Source of the DNA: Zygnema circumcarinatum SAG 698-1b
Taxonomy: Eukaryota > Plantae > Zygnematophyceae
Length of the DNA stretch: 64,000 nt
Assembly: GCA_037447605.1 (NCBI GenBank)
Contig: CM074814.1
Span: 744,001 to 808,000 of the forward strand
Direction of reading: 5' to 3'
Position numbers and translations under genes: made by a program. The notes below the pieces were generated by a model. It was not told where the DNA came from, searched no databases, and saw only the letters and a program-made list of their open reading frames with translations. How positions within the stretch are numbered: position 1 is the first letter of the stretch; each line of letters begins with the position of its first letter. Shown one piece after another: positions 42,301 through 51,307 of the stretch.

Positions 42301-45062
42301 CTTGCCCGATCACGCCTTGCCGGGGACTGCCGGCATTTCAAGCCCGGCCTTGTCAGATCCCAATCATACGGCGGATGCTCAAGCCCGGATCGTGAGATTA
42401 CAGCGCCGCCAGCGGGCTCCACATCGACCCGAAGGCGATCTCATTCATCCCTGCCGTTCCTCCCTGCGACTGTCACCGGCGCCGGTCCCTCGGGCACGGC
42501 TCCACCGGTCGCCACCCCTGTCCGAAGAACTTCAGTCATCCCTCCCTCCACGGGTCATCCCTTCGGATCCCTGCCTGAGGAGGAAATTGACGATCTCAAT
42601 GAAGAGGAGCCGACAGCGGCGCAGCCAGAGCCGACGGCACCGGCGACCGAAGAGATGCACGTCAATCCACCCCATCGCCCTCGGGCAGCTCGTTTCTACC
42701 CCCAAGCAGCCGATCGGCGACCACCCCCCCCGACAGACGGCCTATCCCTGATTGAACGCATGGTTCATCAACTCATGGGGGACAAGGCTAAGATCGGCAT
42801 TACCTTGTCACAGTTGATGCAGCTTGTACCAGGTGCTGCCGCCGTAGTTCGAAAGCTAGCCGACAGTGCAGAGGCCACCCTGCGGCCTCCCACGGTTCCT
42901 ATGGCATCTCCTCCGGACGTCCCCTCGCCAGCCGATATCCACCACATGGCGGCGAGCCTCCTCAGGACCGATTCGCTCTCAGCCATCCTCCTCGCGGATT
43001 CGGATCCTCCCTCGATCCCCCACACTTAGCGATGCGAGAATCATTGTGTCTTATGGCTCCGCGGTCATCAGCAAAGCCATGATGGAGCCACGGGGGCCTA
43101 TGCGCCTGATTACGTCAAGCACGTGATGGCGGGGAATTCTGATTGGACAAAATTGCCCAGGCCCACCCCGATAATATGGCGGGAGTTGAAGGGCTTACAT
43201 GAAGGATTGAAGCGGCGCCAAAGTGGTCATCGATCTTGGCGAGATAGGAGCCACGATGAATCACGGTCGCTGCTCGCGGCCGTGAACACTATTCTATCTG
43301 TGAGCTCGAATTGGCTCATGGCGATGGGAGCACAAATGCGACTTTATTTACATGTCAAGCGCACTGTCTGGCTGGCGGAGACGGTTGCTCCTTCCCGTCA
43401 TCCTCAGGTCCTTTCGCCTCCGCGCTTCCCAAGCGCCCGCGCCCGCAGCCTTGAGGTCTCTCCCCAGGAGATCACCATGTACCATTCGGTCGGCAGCCCC
43501 CATTCTTCCTATGGATCGGCCAATTCTGATACCGATGACGAGACTCCCCCTCCTGCTCCTCCGAGTCCAGCTCTCGGTACGCCGACGGAAGAACTGTTGC
43601 CGCCAGTGATACCTACACCCACCTTTCCCCCCCATGAGACCATCAGTGATGAGGAGTGGCTGGAAATAGAGGGGCAGATGCGATTGGGGCCTGCAGTCCT
43701 CTCAGACCCGATCAAGCATTCTCAACTACGCCAAGTGCTGCGCCGAAATCACCTAGTTTTCGCACGACATTCACTCGACATCGGCAAGACTCACTTGATT
43801 GAGCACCACACATCGTCTGGGGATCGCCTCCGTGATGACCACGACTCCCTCACAAGCTTTTCATGTGCGTGAGCGATGTCGAGCTTGACGGTCGGCGAAG
43901 CGTGTCGCGGGATTGATGGAGAACACGGAGAAGGGCGTGGAGCCGGCGTTCGCCCCAAGCCCAGGATGGCACACTCCGGCTACAGTAGGGACTACCGGCC
44001 AGATACAATAACGAAGTGGAATCCCTACGCGTGCCAGGATGTGGACACGATTCTCCACGGCGTCTCACGATGACGGTGGTTCGGCATGACATGCGAAATC
44101 ATACGGCGAGATCCCCCTGCGGCGAGCCAATCCCGGCCTGAGAGCCGGGGCTTACGCCCAGCAGCGCTTTGTGCGGTGGGCGGTCTTCCATTGACTCAAA
44201 ATTCGGTCGGACTCACCCGGTAGCGGCCCAACCAGGTGTTCGGCCCCTGTCGTGCCTTCTGCGAGCCTTACGTGGATGATGCTTCGATCCACAGCAAGGA
44301 CTGGTCCTCCCACCTGCAACACATTGACCAAGTCCTGCAACAGCTCATCAGTGCGCGTCTGAAGATTGCACCCAAGAAGTGCAAATGGGGCCATCAGGAG
44401 ATCACTCATCTCGGGCACCGCCTCGGCATCAATGGCCTTAAACCATCACTCGATAAGATTGAAGCGATTGCCCTTATGCCGATTCCACAGACCCTCACTC
44501 AGCTCAAGTCTTTCTTGGGGCTCACCTCATTTTATCGCCGGTTCATCAAGGGCTATGCCCTTATCGCACGTCCCCTACATGCCTTGGAGAAACACGGAGT
44601 CCAATACGAATGGAGCCGAGCGCAGGATTTGGCCTTCCACGCGCTCAAGAGTGCCCTCCTTCAGGCTCCTTGCCTGCATCAATTTGACCCCACCCTTCCC
44701 ACCATTATTGACGCCGACTGGAGTCAGACAGGCTTTGGGGCAGTGGCCAGCCAAGCATTCTCAGATGGGGAACACCCGGTCAGTTTTGCAAGCAGGGTCT
44801 GTTCAGAAACCGAGACCAAGTATAGCCCTACTGAGGGAGAGGCCGCGGCTATCCTCTGGGCACTCGAGAAGTTCANNNNNNNNNNCCCTACGTCTTCCGC
44901 TGCGCGTACCTCTGAATCCCCCGGATCCTGGCTCTATGCTGCAGGCAGACCCACAGCACCACCCCAACCCTACGTCAGTTTCAGCACGGACACGCGAGTG
45001 GCCGTACAGCACCTGCAGCTAGCTCAGCAGTCTTTGTTTAACCCCACTTATCTTGTGCTACA
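39373..45062 (+). mobile_element. Ty3/gypsy LTR retrotransposon copy 2 (5' LTR about 39373-40359; gag, RT-RNase H; 3' LTR remnant 44886-45062 after a gap)
   Basis: Homologous to copy 1 throughout; ends GCTACA followed by CCCT; left junction is degenerate (cccc gcagcagcgtagc); integrase not visible. Confidence 0.88.
44236..44875 (+). CDS. Reverse transcriptase C-terminal half and RNase H of the gypsy element, cut by the gap
   Basis: YVDD, LKIAPKKC, LKSFLGLTSFYRRFIKGYA, IIDADWSQTGFGAV, EHPVSFASR, KYSPTEGEAAAILWALEKF: Ty3/gypsy-type RT-RH. Confidence 0.92.
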
Positions 45063-45509
45063 CCCTACTGTATGTCTACGAACCCTAGTGAGCATGTGTA
45101 CGGTCAAGTTGATATGTACGGTCAAGCCGATATCTGACGGTATTTGTTGATAATGTGTACGGTCTTAATATATTTCTAACCGATAATGCGATACGTGGGT
45201 GGATAATATCGACATTTTGAATATATAGTAACAATTAGGGCTTTTGAAATGTCATTATATCCGTAATGGCGTCACTACTGGCGCAGGATCTGCAGTGGTG
45301 CAATTCCGTTCCCGGAAAAAACGTCAGTATATCCACGTTGTTTATTATAAAGAATGTCACTATAACGTGAGTAGCCTGTATTGCTTACAGTACTGTACTG
45401 TACAGGAAGCCCCTTCCGTACGGTCACCCCTCCCTCCATCCGTACGTTTCCAGGGTCTGTACGGCTGTACGAATGTACGCTCTGTACTCTCCGTTCTATT
45501 CAAATGCTT

Positions 45510-45840
45510 CCCTGACCACGTGGCGCCCTCTCCACTTTTCCCGGCGCCACGTGTCCGGCGCAGGCACCCCGCTTGCTTCGATCTGCCCCGAAAGGGCGGC
45601 CTCGGGCCGTCCGCATGACCACGTGGCGACTCGCGGCGCCGCTTGGCGACGCTTCCAAGACGGTGGTCCCAGGAACATGGCGAGTTGGCAGGCGCCACGT
45701 GTCCCCTGGACGCTACGTGTCGAGCGGGGGACGCTCCTGGAGGGGCTCGTCACGTGCGAAGTGCCAAGTGGAGGCACGCGGTTGGTCTGGGGAAGGCCTC
45801 AGGGAAGATACATGGGGGCGTGGGGGGTTATAAAAGAGGG
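45510..45840 (+). promoter_or_regulatory. Oleosin promoter: five CACGTG G-boxes, one TACGTGTC ABRE-like site and a TATA box
   Basis: CACGTG at 45517, 45548, 45620, 45696 and 45751; TACGTGTC at 45714; TATAAAA at 45829. Confidence 0.7.
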
Positions 45841-45972
45841 GGGGAGAAGAGATCTAAGTGGAAGTGCAGTTTTCGAGCAGCTTAGAGAAAAAGAGAGAGA
45901 GGCTGTCGGGAATTTCTTTGCAGTAAATCTTTTTTGCTTTTTAAGTGTTTTAAGTTCAAAGCAGCAGCGGCA

Positions 45973-47245
45973 ATGGCTGACCGTGGACGCACCGACTATG
46001 GCACCGAGACTGTGACTTGGCGGTGGAGGTGAGTTTGGCATGTTTTGTTGAGCTTGCTTATGAGCTTGGAACGTTCTGGAGGTCTCGTTCTGCTTTGGGA
46101 AGGTCTTCTTGTTTTTTTTGAACGGGTCTTTGTTTCTGTATTGAATCTGCTTTCGGGGACCTGTTTGCGGGGATCTGCGTTTTCTTGAGGATGCTAAAAT
46201 AATGATTGTTTGTATATACTGATTGTCTTTTGGTCTGCTCTGCCACTTTTTGGCTTTCTTGAACGAAATATTTACAACCAAGATTATTCGATGACTCCGG
46301 TGTGTATCTTCTTTGGAATCCCCTTCGTCATATCGATATTATTCAGCACATCGCTAACCGATGTTTCTTTAATCGGATTTCTTTATTTGTTTGCTGATTC
46401 TTTCGTACTTCCAAATTGAACTTCTTCGACTGAATGTTGGAACTTACTGAAGCTAGAGAGTCGATCAAGCCTGTCTAGAGCTGGCCTTTTGCAGCTCATA
46501 TTTAGGATGCCAATCGCGGACGGAGAATCCTCTTTTCCCCCTAAAAATCCTTGGAGACTTCAATTCTTTGTTCGACGTTCAAGAAGCTGACTCGCCTTTT
46601 TCTGGGATGTCATCCTAATGGCTGTGCTGTGGTGTTGCTTTCATTGGCGTGATCAGGGACATTGCATTGTCTGTCGTGCTGCTCGGAACACTCGGTACCG
46701 TGGCTACCGTTACTGTGGTGGGCGGTGGTGGTCTGCTCCTTCTGTTCAGTCCTCTTCTGCTGCTCTTCAGCCCCATCCTGGTGCCTCTGGGAATATTCCT
46801 CGCCGTCAGCACAGGTGATTTTTTTGGCAACCTCCTTTTGCTTTCTTTCGTTTGTTTTGAAGATCGCTTAGTTTTATCTCACAACTGGTTGGTGGTTTTT
46901 TGCACAGGTGGTATTGTGGCGTTTTTGGGATTCATTGGAACTCTGGTCTGGGTGTACCGCTACTGGAAGGGAGAGCGCCCCATTGGTGGCGAATATGTTG
47001 ACGCTGCAACAGGAAAAGTGAAGCAGACCACATCGTACTTCGCTGACAAGGCTAGCGACCTCACCGGTTACGGGCAGCATAAGGTGCGCTAAGATTAATC
47101 TGAGGTTGGCATGCAGTGACAAATTCCTATTTTTTTTTTAATGTTTGCGAAGTTGCTTTCTGCTGCCCCTAACAGAGTATCCTTTTCATGGCAGGCTGGA
47201 GAGACCTATGGTCGCCTGTCTGACAAAGTGAGCGGTGCTGCATAA
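45973..47245 (+). CDS. OLE: Oleosin, 4 exons 45973-46028, 46657-46814, 46908-47083, 47195-47245
   Basis: Long hydrophobic hairpin with proline knot PX5SPX3P (PLLLLFSPILVP), then WVYRYWKGERPIGG; MADRGR start; all junctions GT-AG and in phase. Confidence 0.95.
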
Positions 47246-47804
47246 AGGACCAGCAACTTCAGCAGTGGGAGCACGGAGTACATAGGGATTCACAGATCTG
47301 GAAATGTGGGGAGGGGGGGGGAAAGGGGCTGAACTTCTTCTGTACATAGAGACAGACAGAAGTATTGTGCAGTAGCGAGTGGGTGAACCGGTGCTTCCGC
47401 ACTTTGGAAGTGTCCACATGTTCTCTTGAAAAGACATGAATGGCAAAATCTGTATTATGGCTGTAATTCTATGCAACACTGGAAATGTGAACGGTGAAAG
47501 ATGATGATCGTGAGTGATGATGCCTTCAGTTTGAATTGTTTTCTCTATTACCATTTGCATAGAAGGATGATAAGAAAGGTGAGAACAGAAATGGCAATAC
47601 GAAAAATGCTTGTCAAGCTGCCTCGCCCACTTCCAAAGCAATGACTTCGCTTCTCCATGCATTTGCTCGAAGCTTTAAAAACAAATACTACGCCCTAATA
47701 TATCCGAAATTGGAATTGCAAAAACAATGGCGAAGGTTGTAATGGTAAGTTACAAATGTTAGTACCGTAATTGCCTCGCCTGCATTAAAATTTCAACAAA
47801 TCTC

Positions 47805-47945
47805 CAAATTTTCTAAAGGTTTGTCCGGAGTTGAAGTATGGTTGGGTCGACTCCTAACAGAAAAGGTGTAGTCCAAATTTTCTGCAAAGGTTTGTCCGGA
47901 GTTGGAATCTGGCTGGGTCGAAGCCTAACAGAAAAAGGTGCAGAC
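47805..47945. repeat. About 66-bp tandem duplication, 2 diverged copies
   Basis: ccaaattttct..aaaggtttgtccggagttg..gggtcga..cctaacagaaaa..ggtg occurs twice. Confidence 0.75.
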
Positions 47946-48188
47946 TGCAATGATTATTGCCAGGAAAATTTCCATGATTAAAAGGCGGTAATAGAAGATA
48001 GTCAGCACTCGACATAAAACCCGTAACAGCCTTGATCGTTTCTATTTTTCGCAATGAAACCGTAATAGAACTGGAAAGATAGCTCTGAGTTTTTCGGTGA
48101 ACTTTCTCATTTACTATATCACGATACCCGCATGCCCGTAACATTTTGATCTTTCAAGGAACAACAGAATTGAAGGCACATGTATCAG

Positions 48189-50657
48189 CTAAAAGTATAA
48201 GGCCATCTGCATCTCCTTGCGCTTAAAGCCACAGCTTTCATAGAATCCCACATTTGCTTCTCCACAATCCAAAATCACCTGCACGAAGAGTCCACAGCTT
48301 CAAGCTTCAAATCTCTAACTGGCGGCAAGGAAATCAAGACACTTATTCCACGTTGGTCGATCTTAAGCAATAACGAGCTTTTAATAGGTTAAAATCTTAT
48401 TTCACATAGACCTTCCGACGGAATTATCTTATCCCATGTGGATATTTCATCAGTTGAACTGCAGAGGGTTCAATAGTGTGTCAATAAAGGTCATACATTT
48501 TTGACAGTCCCTTGCTTGACTATAGACTCTACGATCACCATTTCCTTCTCTGCCTCAGACTACTTCCCTGCACTGAACTGTCGGGAAACTTTGTATGCAC
48601 AGGATCGCAAGACTTTGAGATTCGAAAGAAAACAATCGTTCATCAGATATAGTATAGCGGCAGGGACGATTATTTTGGTTCATAACACTCGAGAATCTCT
48701 ACAAAAGTTTCTGAATAACTCTAATGCCGTAAGTCAAATCAAGGTCCAAATCAACGGGGGAGAGTGAGAGGGGTTTGAAATTACTGTCGGGAAGGGGTAC
48801 TCAAGCTTACCTTGTAACAACCAGCCTCCTTCGCCACCTGGGAGAGCTGGGAGATGATCCTACATGTGAACAGGGAACTAATATGAAAAGGGAACTGAAA
48901 CCAGCAAGCAAAGTGGGCAGGATTCTGAAACAAGTGAATTTTTGGATGATGCCAAAAGTGAACTATGGGACTTGCTTATGTTCCACTGGAAGCATTTCCA
49001 TGAAAGGACCATGCCTTTAGCTGAAGGGAGGATTAGAGGGAAAAAGGAATACCAGCCTTACAATCACATTCTCTGAAAAAAGTGAAGCGGCAAAAACAAT
49101 CTGAAAGCTTATAATCAAATTCAGCTTAAGAAATGAAAGCACTCTAGCCATGCACCAACCTGTGTCCAAGATGCTGTCCTCTTTTGCTGGAATCCACCAC
49201 AACATCCTCAATATGGCCGACCTGCGATCCATGAAAGAGACTCATTCAGCCATCACTTGCGTTTCTGTGCTTTCAAATGTGTAAGGGTTCCTTGAAGCCA
49301 AAGCTCTCTACAAAGTCTTCCGTTTTTTTCACAACAGTTACCACTGATCTTCCCACATTGAAACATAAGCTTGAGAGCCACGTTTAGAGGGCTGCAGGAA
49401 GACGAGGAAGCAATTGCAGCCACCAAATATTTCACTTTCTGATTATCGCCTCTTGCCCTGATGGTGCATGGAGAGTGATAACTGCTCTCTTACCAAACCA
49501 CAATTGCGAATAATTTTCCGTTCCATCAAGAGGGTTCCTGTTGCAACGACCCTGTTGGCCTCCAAGTCTGCAGGATAGTTTCTAGAATTAGCCGCTTATA
49601 TGCTCACTCATGCCGTAATGGCGAAAACAAAATCTGAAACAGTCTACAGCTGAGAATAAAGCAACTTTACGAAACTAGAAGTATATGAACATCCGCAAGT
49701 ATGCCTATTGCTTCCGGAAGCAATGAATCAATATGCCGGATAAGAATCCTACCAATACCGTCTTCTCACCTTCAAGAACTGCGACATGATAATCAGGTGC
49801 TCGTGCTGCGATCTCTGCCACCCTCTCTGCCAAACAAAAATAGCCCCGAGGGACGATTCAGACTCCAGATGGACTCTATATCAAACTTAAGCCTTGCATT
49901 GCCAATTGCTCATCCTTTGCATCTTGTGTACTTTCCCGAATATCCAATATCCTGGATTGGGAAGAAAGACAAAGGCATAGCTTAAAAACGCACGACTTAA
50001 AACTTGGCAGCCCTTCCCTCCTAGCCAAGAGCAATGCAAAGAGCTCACATCCCATTGTGAAGCGCACGGAGTTTGAGCTTCTGCCAAGAAGAACAAAATC
50101 AGAGACTTCAGTTTCGCCTTGGCACAAAAGTGAGAGTATGCCTTGAAAAGCTGCTTCCGAAACAGATCCGACAACCGTCAGCTGAGCCAACAGATCCAAA
50201 TAGCCTGTCAGACCAACACAAGCGCCACATTTGAATTCATCAGCAGGTTTTTTGTTTGTTATTGATTCATTCAACGAATATGGACAAAAGCAGAAGCATG
50301 AAGCAGTCTCACACCAATATTTGCTCCACCATTCTTACCTTTTCCGTAGTCTCCAGGTTCCAAGGTTCTCAGCAGCAGTCCCTCTGACATCGCGTCCAAG
50401 CTGGTTACCTTGCAAGAGCTTGACGCTTCCGGAAGCTTCGTCCAAGGAGAACTCTGTGCAGACACTTCCTGCGAAACCCTAAAAGCTACCAATCGGTCCT
50501 TTCTAATCCCACTAAACCTTAATCCTTCAGCAAGGCGCTGCTGCTTCCGGCTGCTAATCTTCAACTCTCCCATAGTTCTGAAAAATCCATTCTGTAAAGA
50601 CTCTCCAAGGGCATTATGGGTTGTGAAACTCTTGTATCGAGCTGCTGCAGGAAGCAT
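48189..50657 (-). CDS. GNA1: Glucosamine-6-phosphate N-acetyltransferase, 7 exons, with a possible 89-aa N-terminal extension (core Met at 50390)
   Basis: LRTLEPGDYGKG|YLDLLAQLTVVGSVSEAAF|ERVAEI..HVAVLE|D..VVATGTLLMERKIIRNCGL|VGHIEDVVVDSSKRGQHLG|RIISQL..GCYK|VILDC..FYESCGF..QMALYF*. Confidence 0.93.
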
Positions 50658-51307
50658 TAATTCGCAAGCTGAGCTACTGTGCAGGACTGGCACAGCTGAC
50701 ACTTCGCAAGGTGTTGTAGCTGTTTATTTGAATCTATGTATTTTTCAGAAAAATTGTGAGCAGTGAAAAATGTTCTGTTCGGTGAAGGTGCGTTTCGGAA
50801 CCCTAATCTGCACGCGAAACGCGTTTCGGGTTGCCTCTTGCAGGTATGCGGCAGTGGCTGTGAAGGGACCTCTTTTGCAACAATCATCAAGGACTCGTCT
50901 ACAGCTTCATCACATCTGCTTCCGCAGAAGAGGCCAAGAGACACGAGCTTCCTTTGAAGGACAAAGTTGGAAAAACGCAGAGTAGGGCAACAGAAGAGCA
51001 GTTTTCGAGAAGTTTAGAACAAACAGATTCCGCCAATGGTAAGCGTTGAAGAGCTCGAAGGATGATTGAGTACTCTCATAATTTCTGATGTTAGTTGTTT
51101 TTTGTTTGTCTGAAAACTAGGATGGCGCAGAATGCCACAGTTCGCAACGATGATGCTCCACAGTCTGTTCGAAGTGTCTTGAAAATGTTCATGTCATACT
51201 TTGGAGGAATGATTTGGAATTCCCGCTATACTGCATAACCATTAGAGAGTAATAACTGCGCACGTTTTCCAAATAAGTTCGTACTTTACTATGTGACCTA
51301 GCGTTTT

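Larger units (their letters stand above)
37865..45070. mobile_element. Related pogo-like MITE, native about 0.5 kb, opposite orientation; hosts the solo LTR and LTR retrotransposon copy 2
   Basis: Left end TA|CAGTGGGGGGTCCTCGTATTTACCACC; right TIR ggtggaaaatatgagaccc..actg|TA split by the retroelement; shares attatgttagagttcatg with the 37247 MITE in inverted sense. Confidence 0.75.
37103..45378. mobile_element. Outer Tc1/mariner (pogo-like) MITE, native size about 0.5 kb, 23-bp TIR CAGGCTACTCACGTTATAGTGAC, TA TSD; hosts nested insertions
   Basis: Perfect TIR at 37103-37125 and 45356-45378; TA at 37101-37102 and 45379-45380; gtcactata subterminal motifs at both ends. Confidence 0.85.

Noticed and set aside
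31715-45062. DIRS/Ngaro element with split or inverted repeats, or one giant TIR element
   Set aside because: RT-RNase H is Ty3/gypsy type, each copy has its own TSD and TG...CA ends, and no tyrosine recombinase is visible; the inversion is two independent insertions
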